The position numbers and the translations under genes were made by a program. Source: the human T2T-CHM13v2.0 reference genome, Homo sapiens. From it: DNA of 64,000 bases. The first letter of the stretch is position 1, and each line of letters starts with the position of its first letter. Location: assembly GCF_009914755.1 (NCBI RefSeq), contig NC_060926.1; one strand, written 5' to 3'. Below the pieces are notes generated by a model, which did no database searches, was not told the origin of the DNA, and saw only the letters and a program-made list of their open reading frames with translations. Of the stretch, positions 1 to 15,188 are shown piece after piece.

Positions 1-59
1 TGTTAGAAAGTACTCAATAACATTAAAGCAGAAGAAACAGCAATAAAATAAGAAGGCAT

Positions 60-1500
60 AGATACAGTGATGTCATTGAAAAAGCACACAGTCATTGAAT
101 CTTTGGCTTTGGAGGGATCTCCATAACCATTTGTCAACATCCCCACGCCTGGCTGAACCACAGAATCACCTGGTGAACTGTTGAAAGAGATTCTGACATT
201 CCTCACCTCATATGGTGAATCTTTCAAAGATGAGAAGGACGTAAATTTCACATAAGCTGTTCTTAGCCCTTTTTGGTCCCTTAAAATTACCCCATTCTTA
301 ATTTTTGTCTCCTGAGTTTCCATAAATTATCTATGTATTCATCCAGCAACTTGAAATTCACTATTTTGCTGTTTTCAGAACTGTATACGTGCTTTCTTGT
401 CCAATCACCGCTACTCTTTTAAAAATTGAGACCTTAGCCTGGATCTTCTGCATCTCTTATGTCTTCTAGGATTACTCAAAGATCCCCACAGAAGTTCTGC
501 AGTCACATCTGTGAGTTCCTTCAGTGAACTCTGATAAGATTCATTTGGGCCTAGAGACACAAACTCATAAAGCGGCTAGATGCTCCCTTTTAGTTTTATC
601 ACCTCTCTCAGGCTTCGGTTGCTTCTTAATCTGTTGTTTTGTGGCTTAGTGTGAAGATCATTCTCATTGATAGGGAAGATGGCAGCAAACAGAATGCTTG
701 AGTTTTTGTTCTCTCTTACTGTCATCTGCTAATACTATAATATCTGCCCCAAGGGGCGTGTGAATCATTCTTTTCCTTCACTCTAAACATACGCTAACAA
801 TTCCTTTTATTGTCCTCTGCATTTTTCTCAAGCTTGAGCTTATTCTCAGATTTAACCCTTCCTGACACTATTCTTACCCAGTTCTCTCTTGCATTCGTTT
901 TAGACGGTGTGCTTTCCCACCCCCGTCTTTTGAATAATTCCTGTTTCATCAGCCACATGCCATTCTTTACATTCCTACCACCTCGGTGGCATTTTAACTC
1001 ATCTGTATAGTTTTTAGCATTTATCATTATCAAAATTTTATTGTTGAATGCCTTGCTTCCCCCTTAAGACATCTTTCTTGTCTTAGACCCTGGTCATGGG
1101 GCCGTATCATTCTTTCCTCTGAACTTGTAGAAATTTGTGCCCTTCCATTTTTGAGAAGTGTTGTCTGTGGCGCAGCTTGCTTTAAATTCGCAAACATTTC
1201 TGGATCCTCCCTAGACCTGTGAAATCAGAATTTTTGAAGGTAGCTCTTGAAAATGTGATAATTAGTAAATCTATAATGTTTGGGAATTATGCTGCCCAGC
1301 AATTTCATTCCCTGACTCTTACAAACACCAAGCAATTCTCTCAAGGTTTCCATCGCTTTAACTTTGCTTTATTGGTCCAGAGTAATAGCTCCTCTCATTA
1401 GTCTCTTCAACTTTCGAAAGATTAAATTGTCAGCAAGTTAATAATTCATCTGTTCTGCTTTTAGGACAGTACAACTTTGGAAAATCACTTGAATTTCTCT
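60..1500 (-). mobile_element. Degenerate L3/CR1 LINE ORF2 fragment (endonuclease end to RT start)
   Basis: Minus strand of ~495-560 gives SLGPNE..LKELTDVTAE (CR1 SPGPD..LKELADVIAE), followed by IFK-like codons. ~1370-1440 gives ADN..KVEE..RGAITLD (CR1 DNF..Q.VEEPTRG.A.LD). ORF 3..323 has DPSKAKD, resembling DFSKAFD. Confidence 0.7.
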
Positions 1501-1779
1501 AGATACTACTATATCTTGTCTCCACAATAATAACATGAAATATATAAGGGAAATCTTATGCATGTACTCTGGCTGGCTAGGTTGCCAGTAATCTGTTTCC
1601 ATTAGAGTCATACCATAAGCTTTCCTTTTTGTTTCCTCTTTTATTTTGGACTGAGTGCAAAGAGTTGGGTGAACAGTAATCCTCAGTTCATGGCTCTATC
1701 GTCATTTGTCTATACAAAACTCTTTCCCTGTTTGATTTTCCCCTTTAATCCTTAATCTATACTCCTTTTACCCTCTGCA

Positions 1780-3140
1780 TGTAGTGACTTAAGTGTTTGG
1801 GATATATCCACAAATAATTAGAGTTGTTTTGTGTAGATATATGTAATTCACAGAAATGGTATTGTGCTCAAAATATCATTGTTTTCTTTTTTCCACTCAG
1901 CATTGTTTTTAATATCTCTTTCACACAATTTTGTATCCTTTAATCATATTATATAGTATGTATATGGACATCTGCTTAGCTTCTAAGCACCCTTTACCGC
2001 ACAATGACACTAAGAAACATCCTCATACGTGCCCTGTAATGGAACTGAGGAAATTTCTCTGGCTTGGAATCATGGGAGCCATAGAATAAATGCATTCTGT
2101 CCTTACTACTGCCAGAAAAGAATAATAGCTAAAATAGGATAAATGCATTTTTTAAATTTTCTTTAATCTTTCCCGCTTGCATTTCAAATTCATAGTATTG
2201 ATATCTATTTCTATCACCAATGCACAAGCATTCTCATTTCCCAAGGTCTCCATCAATACTTGGTATTGTCTACATTTCTGATTTTTGTCATTTGAATGCA
2301 TATCAAGTTGTATTTCATTGTGTTTTTACATGAATTTCTCTCATTGCTAATGAGTTTGGACATCGTTTTATATGGTTGTTAATTCTTATAGCATCTCATT
2401 CTGTAAATTCTTTATTGACATCATTTGTCATTTTTGTTGGATTTCTTGTTTTTTCTTTTGTTTTTTTCCTTTTCATTATCAAGTTGCAGTCTTAATCAGA
2501 TTTTTCAGTGGTGTACCTCATAAAGCAGAGATCTTTCATTTTATAGTAATCAAGTACATCATATTATTTTCATTAGAGGTGGTTATACTTTGGGCTTTTA
2601 GGATCTTAAGAAATCTTTTTCCGCCTCTATGTCACAAAAAATACTTTCCTACATTTCCTTCTACTGAGCTGATAGACTTACCTTTCACATTTTGGTCTTT
2701 AATCCACTCACATCCCACTCTGGTTTATTGTGTAATAGAAGGGTATAGAAAGCCAGCTTTATTTTTTCTTAATACAGTGAGGAAATTTTTCCAACACCAA
2801 TCACAAAACATATTCATTCCCCTGAGGAGTGCAGTGCCCTGGGGTTGGGGCATACCGTGTCATGGCCAGGTGCATGGGCTCTGGGGCTGAACTGCCCAGG
2901 TCTGAATCCCAGGTCTGTGACACACTAGCTTTGTGGCAGCTGCTAACTACTGCTTAGCAGTGCTCCAAGTCTCAGTGGGCTGTTTGGAGGAGGAAATGAG
3001 ATGTCCCAGACACACGGAAAGCACTGTTTTTGTTATTTATCAAGTTCTTCTGCATATATGAATCTATTGCAGTTCTTCTTTTCTCCACTCAGTCTCATTG
3101 GTGTCTTTATTTTTTTTTCTTGTGTCAGTATCCATGATAG
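1780..3140 (-). mobile_element. Old L1M (L1ME-like) 3' ORF2/3'UTR fragments, interrupted by a MIR
   Basis: Antisense L1 motifs such as tttttccactcagcattg, catcaatacttggtattgtc, gtatttcattgtgtttt and gctaatgagtttggacatc. Confidence 0.7.
2835..3030 (+). mobile_element. MIR fragment nested in the L1
   Basis: gggctctggggctgaactgcccaggtctgaatcccagg...ctagctttgtg is MIR 5'/core-like. Confidence 0.6.
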
Positions 3141-4829
3141 TTCTCCCTTTCTAATATGTCTAATATGCCTTCCTCATTCCTTTCCCTCCCTTCTTCACTG
3201 CCCCAACCCAGGATCACATGCTCCGTTTTGCAGATTGACAAAGTTGACTTTGTCCATGTTTGTTGAGTTGAACGTAATTTGGAGGAATGGTATAAGGATA
3301 AGAAAAAAAAACTTGGAGGAGACTAATGCGTAAAGCAAATGGGCGTGCAACTTATTAATTTACAGTGAGACAGATAACTGCCAAACAGACTCAGGTACTT
3401 GGTTTTTGTATCTGCACATTCATCTCTGCAGGACAGTATATTTGGAAAGCCATTTATTTTAGGGTCAGGAGCTCATGGAATCGGAGAAGATGGTAGATGG
3501 AAAATCTAATGTCATTATGCCATACCTCTGGAATCACCCCATAGTAGACATAAATTTACCTTCCAAACAAGGCAAAAGCTGTACTGTCACCCAGATCTCC
3601 CTACTCTTCTGGACAGTGCTGAGTACACACTGACGAATTCTTCTTGCCTAATCCTCTCTCTAACCCCACCCTTTTATAGCTCTGAGCAGAATACCTCATT
3701 TCTAACACATTCTCTATTCAGATTTGTCAACACCATTGCCTAAGCCTAAACCATCTTCCTACATTCTAGCCACACCTTGATTCAATTTCTAGACCCAGGG
3801 TTTTATCCTGCCCCTTAAGGTAACGTCTTTAGGTAACTAATCTCATTCAGTGTCAGTAGGTTTTACTCACTTAACTAAGAGGACAACAATTTTTCCGAGT
3901 TTAGGAAGCAATTTCCATTTTGCTTTTCTCCGTGCATACCACTTGGCCACATAGGATCAGTTTTACACTTTTATCTGGCTACGTTTTACTCTCCTCTTTA
4001 AAGTCCTCTCTGGCCAACAAGCTCCTCCCAAACACATTTTTTTTTCTGGTTCCTTTTATTTGCCTCTACCCCACTCATCTTCTCCACCCCCAGGCGTGGA
4101 GCCAATCTTCTTATATCTTAAATTAGTCCCTATTTTTTTGGCTCCTTCAGTGTCTCAGAGTTGGAAAGACAAAGAATTGTAATCTTTAGAGTAATATTTT
4201 TTTTAGATTCAAACAGCTAGACCTTTTTCTGAACCTATTCAAACCCATTTGCTGTAGGTAACTGTCTAACCTATAGCCCTGGGCTTGTTTGCAGCATCAA
4301 AATTCATTCCCAAAGATTCTTGCTAAAAGAAGCTGGTGACAATGAAAAGTAGTCACTGCTGACTCAGATGTTTTATATCAATTGTTTTTCTGACTTGACA
4401 TACAAAATTGAGTCACAGCATTAAATATAGGTATTATTATACAATTAATGTCAGAGCAAAATAATAGCCTGCTTTATTTTGATTTTCATGTTTCCATTGT
4501 ACTTACAGCTATTTATTTCTGTTGTTCAATCATAGCTTACTTTGACTTCATGTTCAATAGGTTCTGCAACAAATTTGTAGTTAAATAACATTATGTGTCT
4601 CATCTCAATCAGTCACACTGCTGTTAGTTCAGGTAAACAGACAATAATGAAGTAGGCAGGGCAAAGAATGTGTGTTCTGTTCCTTGGAGAGCATCTTGAG
4701 AGGCATAAATGAAAATGCCCCCAGCTCCCTTTTGTTATTTTTCTATACCAACTGAATTTGGAAATGTGTAATCTCCTAGGTAGTCTAACAGACATAACAA
4801 GGGCCTATAATCTTAATCACATCAGTACC

Positions 4830-5050
4830 TTCCACTTATATACTTGCTTTCCACTTGTCAAAGCAGTCACCTTCATTAGCTTGTACTACTAGTTTATGTG
4901 ACATAAATTCTGCGAGATTGGTAAGAATGAATTATTATTGCATTTTGGCAATGAGAAAATGAAGGGCAGAGGCAGATTAATGGCCTGCCTAAAGTTACAG
5001 GGTGCTGAAATTAGAAGCCGGCTTGCCTGACTTCTGCTCTTCCACTGTAC
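4830..5050 (-). mobile_element. MIR
   Basis: attattattgcattttggcaatgagaaaatgaagggcagagg...cctgcctaaagttacag is the antisense MIR core. Confidence 0.7.
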
Positions 5051-5599
5051 CTCTACATTATATTCTTGGTGATGGAGCTCTTCTCTCAGAAAATGCTATA
5101 ATTCCCAAGGACCACATTTATGACAGCGTTAGAAAGGTCTAGAACAACCTTCCGTGTAGATCCATGTGGGAGAAGTAGTCTTCCACCAAGTGCTGCGACT
5201 GGGGGAGTCAGGGAGGCTCTCTGCCCCTTGCCAAAGCTGTGGGACTTCAGGTTCCCACAGGCCCCTCTCCCCTTGCAGCAGGGCACTGGAGGGCGGTATT
5301 AAAATGCTGTGTTCTCTTCGAAATCAAGCACAGGAAGCCATCAGCAACAGCTAAAACATAACTCTCATTATGCTGTAGCCCTGATGGGGCCCCAGAGACT
5401 AAGAACCAGGGAAAATCAAACAGAAGTCAGAGTATCACAAAACTTCCAGAATTGAGAACTGTCCCCAGAAGAGCAACCACAGTGGGATGCCTGGATAGGA
5501 AGCCAAAGGCCATAGGAGGGTAAGCAGTGGAGAGGAGAGGGGCCTTACCCGCCAAATCCATAGGTTTTCCAAGACTGTTCCCTTTATGCACTAGGATCT

Positions 5600-5705
5600 A
5601 CCAAATAAAGAGAGTAAGATAAAGGTCAACAAATTGACTAAGACATACGAAGCATTTAGTATAGTGCCCAGCACAGAGTAAATCCTCAATAAATGTGAGT
5701 TATAA
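5600..5705 (+). mobile_element. MIR 3' fragment
   Basis: agcatttagtatagtgcccagcacagagtaaatcctcaataaatg. Confidence 0.6.
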
Positions 5706-5766
5706 ATATCTGCTTGCAAGTAAGAAAGCAAGGCAAAGGGGTATAATTGAATAAGACCAGACATAG

Positions 5767-6270
<504 letters not shown>

Positions 6271-7111
6271 TGAAGTTGAAATAAGGAATTCCTAGAGATC
6301 CCTAAGTAATCAACCATGCCAGAGTAACAGGATAAAGAAGCATGTTTTGCATTTGTCTATTGACTTTATTCCAAGCGTAAAAACACTTAGACGTGTTCAA
6401 AGCTAAATAAACTTGGAACAGAGCTTCAAGACTCTGAAGTCCCATAGCTTAGTGACTTCCTATATGCGCTTCCTAGAGAACCACTCATTTTCGGATTCTC
6501 CTCCTCTTTTTTGTTAGTCTTGACGTAGATAAGAGACCTGGCATTCCCTAGTGTACTGTTTCCTTTGTCCCCTATTGTTCAAGCCTAGAAATTACATCTG
6601 AGTCCTCCTTGTTACAGGTGACAAACAGCATTTGTTTTGCATTTTGATGCAGCCACATTCTCAGGTTCCAGCCTGCCAAGCAAGGTTGGCCTGGGCTGGT
6701 AATCTCCCAGGCTTTAATCCTCTCCATCTTTTATTTGTGTGGAAGCTCAAGGCATTAGTCCTCTTAAAAATCTCTAAGATTCATTTTGTTCACAACTCTT
6801 GAATATCGTATTACAAGGCAGGGTGTGATTTTTATTGACAATTGGAGTATGCTTAAATGAAGTGTGTGGATGCCTCAAGAGGGGCCACAAATTCCCACAA
6901 CACTTAACATGGGTTCTGGTAACAAAGACACTTAACAGCTAGGTAAGAATGTCAAGTGGCTGTGACTACAATAATGGAGGCCTACAATTAGTTTAATTAC
7001 AATACCTACTCACATGTAATAATTTCTCAAGAAGCATGGAAGGTTGCTCACTCCACTGGTAGTTTTTAAGTCTTTTTTACCCCAAGGCCTCTCTTAGAAA
7101 ATCTGCTGTAC

Positions 7112-7594
<483 letters not shown>

Positions 7595-7742
7595 AGAAAA
7601 TCTGCTGTAGCCTGGCAGGTCATGATGTTCTTTCTGCCACAAAACACACAGCATCGAATCCGTTTACAGACACAGGCCTGCTGTCTTCCCTTTCTCTCTG
7701 CCCTCCAAGTGTCACATCAGGGCCATATCCACCCAACCTTCC

Positions 7743-7767
7743 TTTTTTTTTTTTTTTTTTTTTTTTT
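7743..7767. repeat. T25 homopolymer
   Basis: Direct reading. Confidence 0.95.
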
Positions 7768-8226
7768 CTAATCTACAGGAAAGGGAAAACACCACTGAGA
7801 TTATTTACAAAGAAAAACCCTTATCTTAATAATAGTTTGCTTCCATTAAATGTATCTTCTTTGGGGACTTAATCTTTGTGCCCAGGCATGTTGGAGACAA
7901 CAGCTGGCATTTATCTTTATGGAAGGAAAGGCATTCCAAGCATAGCGTGTTGGGACTCAAGTCATTTCTTACTTTCCTTTTATTATTCACACTGATGAAT
8001 TTAAGATAGGCTTCAGATGAATAAATTAATAAACTCTGTTGAAGAAAAATGACACCTGCCAATATCGCCACACATGTGAATCACAGGGTGCCAATTCAGT
8101 AGTGTTGGAAATAGGATCTTTCCAATTATTTTGGAGAAGGGTATAGGTTACATGACCACATAAAGCAGTCAGCTCTTATACCCTGTTGAAGATAATCAGT
8201 GACAAAATCAGCCAAAGCAAAAGATT

Positions 8227-8323
8227 ATCCATTTATCCTATCTATCTACCCACCCACCCATCTATCCCCCCACTCATCCATCCATCCGTTTATCCGTCCA
8301 TTCATCCATCCATCCATTATCCA
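8227..8323. repeat. Degenerate (TCCA)n simple repeat
   Basis: atccatccatcc... units with variants. Confidence 0.85.
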
Positions 8324-8689
8324 TATTTATGTTGGCTAGAGCTCTGTGGGTTACTTTAAACCAATTTTTTTCTTTCCTAATTCAACTTAGGAAACATTAA
8401 AATTAGCTTTACATTCCATAAGCACCCATACACTGATGGAAAGTGGAGACAGCCCATAGCGCTTTGTTTGAAGGAGTTAGAATTTTAAATTTTTCCTGAA
8501 TAACCTCAATAGACTAATAATCAAGTGTTGACTCAACTCTCAAATTTGCTGTGCAGTGCTTACATGGACAGAGGTGAAGAATTTCCTACTTATATTCGAT
8601 GACAACCTAATGTTTTGTTCTCTCAGTGGTTATTACAGCAGCTTATATTTATGAAGTGTCTTTTTCTGACGAGTTTAAAAGATTCTGTA

Positions 8690-8815
8690 ATTCACTGCAT
8701 TTTACATGTGGGGACCCAGAGGAATAGAAATGTCACATCGTGACTGAGGGACAGAGCTAATGCCAGAACACAGCTCTCTTAACTTGCAGGGTATTGCTTT
8801 ATCTTATCATGCTAC
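8690..8815 (-). mobile_element. MIR fragment
   Basis: cattttacatgtggggacccagagg...cagagctaatgccagaacacagctctcttaac. Confidence 0.45.
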
Positions 8816-9329
8816 CTGTCAGCATACAGATGACACTCAAATCTGTCTCCTCTCAAGCCTAAATTCACACTTTTTTTTTTCTTTAACTGTGACTGAACCT
8901 CAGTGGACAGAGCAGCCAAGATATCAGGCACTCAGGCACCAAGCATTTGAATTCTGCAACCTTTGAAGTTGTATCTCTGCACCTGGGGGCATTTTAGGTG
9001 GCCTCCAGGCCATGTGCCTTCCCACTAATAACTGGTGATGCTGTACCGCCACAGGTGTCAGCAGCAATAACTGGGCCTAGCTTTTAGTTGCTGCCACAGA
9101 TGTCCTAAGGGAGCGGAAGCTGAATCATCACACTTAGGTCTGGGAAGCTGTAAAAACAAAACCTGTGCTGAACAGCCCCCAATATCTTTGTCTACCAAGG
9201 AGTCTGAACTCTTTTAAAGTTTCTTCTTGGTAAAAGCAGTGGCTTCTAGAAAGACGACCTCCACTCTAAAATTTCTACTGATACCTTCAAATAGTGCCTT
9301 GCATCTTCAAGAATGATTGGAGCTGTGTT

Positions 9330-9812
9330 AAAACTTGTAAAATTTGAAGACATTTCAAAAGAATGCAGTGAGGACGATTAAATGATTTGTAAATTAATCA
9401 TTTAGGACATACAATCTCCAAAATTGAAGATGCCAGCCTTATTTCGTCCAGAGAAGAGAAAGCTAAGAAGAAATACAATAATCCATTGTTAGTGTTGTTT
9501 ATATGAAGAGTCATGCTATGAAGGGTGGTGATCAGATGGTCTCCATCCTCCTCTTAAGTGAGGGAAAGGGAGTGGAAGGAAATAGGTTTAAACTAAAGCA
9601 TGCAGGATTTAAGTTAGATAAAAGAAAGAATTTCCTGACAGTAAGATTCTTAAACTCCGGAATGGTTATCAAAAGAAGTTTTGGAATCTGCTTATCTAGA
9701 GACCTTAAAAAACACTAGGGATTCCCATCTGTCTAAAATGGTTTAGAACAGACAGCCCTAAAAGGTTCTCAGAGGATCGGATTATCTTTTAAGATTCTTT
9801 CTAGCCATATGA
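9330..9812 (+). mobile_element. L3/CR1 LINE 3' end
   Basis: ORF 9503..9718 contains GNRFKLKHAGFKLDKRKNFLTVR, matching the CR1 ORF2 C-terminus GNG.KL.QGRFRLDIRKNFFT.RV; CR1-type 3' end tctttaagattctttctagccatatgat. Confidence 0.85.
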
Positions 9813-10010
9813 TAAACAAGAAGATTGGGAGTATTAGTAAATGGCCAATCAGTAAACATCTCAGGGGCCAAAACCACCTTGGCCTCCAGATAACTAATCT
9901 CATAATCACCAGTGTAAGTGGGCTTGTTCCAAGATTTGCCAAGAAGATTCTTAAGAAACCCAGAGTTTCTCCCAGTTTGTTGTCCTGCTATTTATTTTTG
10001 TGGGATGCCT

Positions 10011-10066
10011 TTTCTGTGTTTGAGTTTATGTGGTTAAGTTTCTGTGTTTGAGTTTATGTGGTTAAG
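10011..10066. repeat. Perfect 28-bp tandem duplication
   Basis: tttctgtgtttgagtttatgtggttaag x2. Confidence 0.95.
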
Positions 10067-10159
10067 TCTACTGATCCTTTCCCCTTTTACTCCTTTTATT
10101 CTTTTAATACCCAAACCTTAACAATTCCATTGTTTTAGTTTTATGTGATGATTTGTAAG

Positions 10160-10922
<763 letters not shown>

Positions 10923-11469
10923 TTACTTTTAATTACCTCTCTAATATTTCTAAAGTATTTGTGGAACATGAGACTGGTAGGCATGTCGTGTCCTCAGGCA
11001 CTGTGTCTACCTTGTAACACAAATTATCTACCTGTTCTCAATTCAGGGGAGCTTGGGAAAACAAAAAAAAAAAAAACACCCCATAACGTTGAAGAGCTCT
11101 CGTAACTCTTCTCTATGACTTGTCTTCCTCCTGACTCAGGGAATGAATCAAAAGTTAGTGTGCTTCATAACCTGTACTTCAGTTCTTTTTCCTGGCAAAA
11201 CACTCTAAAATGTAAGTTCCTGTGTTGTTAAGTTTGATGGGACCCTGTTGCATATTTCAAGTATAGATACAGCTTTACCTACTGAACACTTGCCCTCTTT
11301 TCTGTGGCTGCAAGAGAAATTGGGTGCCTTAAAGGCAGTATTAAAAGAATGTGCAACTATCTACTCTCAAGATTGTGTGAAATACATTAGTAATAGTGTG
11401 CACAGCCTATGTTGAAATTTATCATGGACAAATTGTGAGTGAGGATTTTACTCAACACTCAGTTTTACC

Positions 11470-12060
11470 ATTACCAAACCTGCTCTCCAGCGTCTAGTCA
11501 CCACCCTTATTCTCCTAATTCAGACATTTATTTTCTCTCCCTAGTGTCATGGGCTCCTAACTGGTCTACCTCCACCCAGCATCTTTCTCCCGTGTCCCAT
11601 TTTCCAGTGAGAGCCAGCATGATCTGTCTCACAGGCTGGCACACAGCTCACCTCCACACGTAGAATGAGATGGAAATTCTTTAGACAGCCTACGGGCGCC
11701 TTCGTGTTCTGATTCCTGTCTACATGACCCACCACATCTTCAACTTGTTCTCCACTTGTAAATTCTGCTTCTTCAGTCTGGAACTATCCTGTAAAAATAG
11801 AGTTAAAGAAAAATTTCTTCCCATTTTTCAAGACCCAGGTCAAGTCCTCTAACTCTATCCTGTGGAGGCTTCTTCAGCTTACCACCTCAATGCTTTAACC
11901 TCCCTACATTACAGATAATCACAGTGTAATTACTTGTTTGTATGACTTTTTCCAAGTGGGACAAGGAGCTGTTTAAGGGCTTAACTTTTACATTCTTACT
12001 TCCTGTACAAAGCATGCAGTGCATCAGCTGAGAAGTAGAATGTTTTTGTTGACTAGATAT
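11470..12060 (+). mobile_element. L2 3' fragments
   Basis: aaacctgctctcc, gagccagcatgatct, tcaagacccaggtcaagtcctc and gtaattacttgtttgtatg are L2-like motifs. Confidence 0.55.
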
Positions 12061-13056
12061 GTTAACTTATTAATAAAATAGAGATTATATGCTTTTAAAA
12101 TAAACAAGCAATAATTGAGCTCTAGTCATTAGCTAGCAGCAAGTCAGACCATGGACCTAACTTCTCTTGGCTCATGGCTCCTCCTAGAGACTTTGTCCCC
12201 AGAGCCCCTCCCTGCTGGACTGCTCCCAAGAACATCTTTTCCTCACTTCCCCAAGGACGTGCCTTCAGAGTGACCTAGAGACCCTTGCAAACAAGTTAGG
12301 GGTCCAGAGGGAGAAAAAGGCAGGAGTCACTTAGTCATTTTCCACTTTGCTTTCTAGTTGTCTTAATGATGTAGTGAAAATAGTAATATGTTGTTTTCCA
12401 GAAGAACAACTCCCAAACTAGTCAATTTTTTTAAGTGGAGGTCATGATAAGGCAACCAAGTTTTTTATTTCACCAAGTAAAAACATAAATGAAACCCCTC
12501 ATCTACTAGAACCATTGTTTCATAAACAAAAGCATATTTAAGTATTAACAGAATAGGAAGGTTGTAATTGCAGAACGTAGGAGAATCATTTCAATTAAAC
12601 AAATGCAGTGAGATTTTTATGAAGTGAAGTTGTACCTGTTTTTCCCACAGCATGGCACCCATATCCTGGACCAGTTCAGGATAATATGCAATGTGTACCT
12701 CTCGAGGAAGGCAGGGATGGCCTGCCAACAGCAGGCCCGGGAAAGGGCAGGAGTATCTCCCGGCTGCTCATAACTGACCTTATGGATCTACCAATTGCCA
12801 GGAGGAAGACACAGTTCATTCTGTCCTCTTCCTGATGTTTCTACTGCTAAGAATTGCTCTTGGATGCAGTAGAGGGGAACCTATATCTTGAAAGCTGAAT
12901 CCGAGCTGTTATTTAAGAATTTCTGAAAGTATCGACAGATGACAGTAGCACTTTTAACTTGGAGAAGAAGAGCACTTTAAGTGCATTCTGTCATCTTGGT
13001 TACTTACTGAAATCTGTTCATGGTAGAGTGGGTGGTAGGGTGATGTTTGCCTTGGC

Positions 13057-13070
13057 TTGACAGCTGTCAA
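13057..13070. promoter_or_regulatory. Perfect palindrome TTGACAGCTGTCAA (MEIS/PKNOX/TGIF dimer motif)
   Basis: Exact TGACAGCTGTCA core in non-repeat sequence; function unproven. Confidence 0.4.
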
Positions 13071-13908
13071 CTGTCTGTGTGTGGTTTGTCATTTGTTGCT
13101 TTTGGCTTGTGGGTGGTCTGCAGTCCATATTTCTTGTGTATGTCATTTCATTCACAAGTAACTCCAGGGGGGCAGCTGTGGGCACCTTGCTATTGCTGAA
13201 GTGCGAGCCTCCACCTTCTGTGACATTGCTTGGCTTCTGTTGGTACCATCTCCCACCAATATCAAATGCTTGACATCCTTAGTCATGGACCAATGTTTGG
13301 GTGATTTTTATTTTCATAATTGAAAATCATCTTGGAAAAGTGGGGATCTTTCCCATCACTCTATTAGCTAAGTTTTGTTGTTTCGAGAGAGAAATGAATA
13401 TTCACTTTTAATGTCTCTAACATGGAGTCATTTAAAAAATACCAGTGAAGTTACAGATTGCTCAGCCTTCAGCCTGACATTGAGAATCTTAACACATCTG
13501 TATAGGAAAGTTGTATAAATAACCACACACAATGAAACTTGTTCTGTATGGGGCCTACTTTCTCTGGTGGTGGAATTATTAAATGTGGCAGGTAGACACA
13601 TTCTTCTAAGTTTTGAACTATGGTCTGTAGAACAAAGCAGCTTGTGACTGTGATATTGTCCTGAATATTTGTGTTTATTGACTGGCCACTGTGCTGACAT
13701 GGAACTAGGAAGTGGGCATCAGAGGCTGTAGAGTTTTCTGATTTGTGTACCTATCTATATATTCCAGGATTATCCTCCAGAGAAAATAACCTATAGTTAG
13801 AGCATCAGTATTTGGAGTTTCTTCCTTTGAAGATCCTGGAGATGATATCATCATCTCAAAAGCTTAAACTTCACTGTAACCCAGTCATTTGATTTGGGGA
13901 AGAGAGGG

Positions 13909-14697
13909 TTTTTATTACGATATAATTCACATGCCATAAAATTCAACCGTTTGAAGTGTAGAATCCAGTGGTTTTTAATATATTCACAGAGTTGTACAAT
14001 CATTATAATCAACTTCAGGATATTTTATCACCCTAAACAACCACTAATCTACTTTCTGTCGCTCTACATTTGTCTATTCTATATATTTAATATAAATAGA
14101 ATTATGTACCATGGGGTCTTTGCGACTGGCTTCTTTCACTTAGCATAGTGTTGTCAAGGTTCATCCATGTTGTAACATGTATCAGTACGTGTATCCCTTT
14201 TTATTGCCTAATAATATTCTATTGTGTGCATAAATACCACATTTTATTTATCCATTCATCAGTTGATGGACATTTGGGTGGTTTCCACCTTTTGTCTATT
14301 GTAAATAATAATGCTATGAATATTCGTGTACAAATTTTGCATGAATATATGCTTTCATTTTCATAGATATATATTTAAGAGTGGAATTTCTGGGTATATG
14401 GTGACTCTATGTTTAACTTTCTGAAGAACTGCAAGACCATTTGCCAAAGTGACTGCATGTTTTTACCATCCCACCAGCAGGGTATGAAGGCTCTAATTTA
14501 TCTACATCCTCACAAACATGTGTTCTTATCTATCCTTGTTATTATAGCAATCTTAGTAGTTTTGAAGTGGTTTTGAGTGGTGTCTCATTGTGGTTTTGAT
14601 TTGCATTTCTCTGGTGACTGTGACTAATGACTTTGAATTTTTTCTCTTGTGCTCATTGAAAATTTGTATATTTCCTTTGAAGAAATGTCTATCAGTT
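13909..14697 (-). mobile_element. L1MB-family 3' end
   Basis: gatataattcacatgccataaaattcaacc..., tcatcagttgatggacatttggg and cccaccagcag are canonical antisense L1MB sequence. Confidence 0.9.
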
Positions 14698-14900
14698 TCC
14701 AGTCATTTAACTTTAGGACCTGTTTTCAAATATGAATAAATCTAAAAGGTAAATAATTGGAAATGAGAAATGTAGAGAAAAATGAGGAAAAAATTTGGTT
14801 TATGTAAAGTTTCCTCCCTTTTCTAATATTCTTATCTACTAAATGACTCTGAATATTTATTTCTTATCCACACTGCATAAAATTAAAAACATTTTTAAAA

Positions 14901-15188
<288 letters not shown>

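Noticed and set aside
3-323. 106-aa ORF as a gene
   Set aside because: Better explained as decayed CR1/L3 RT sequence; no promoter or splice support.
2372-2890. 172-aa hydrophobic ORF
   Set aside because: It is the antisense reading of a T-rich old L1, which gives F/I/L-rich spurious peptides.
12630-12700. Strong acceptor tttttcccacag|c followed by ATG
   Set aside because: No convincing donor nearby, and the frame stops after about 10 codons; isolated acceptors are common in long introns.
13160-13180. CCAGGGGGGCAGC as a CTCF site
   Set aside because: The extra G breaks the register, giving several core mismatches.
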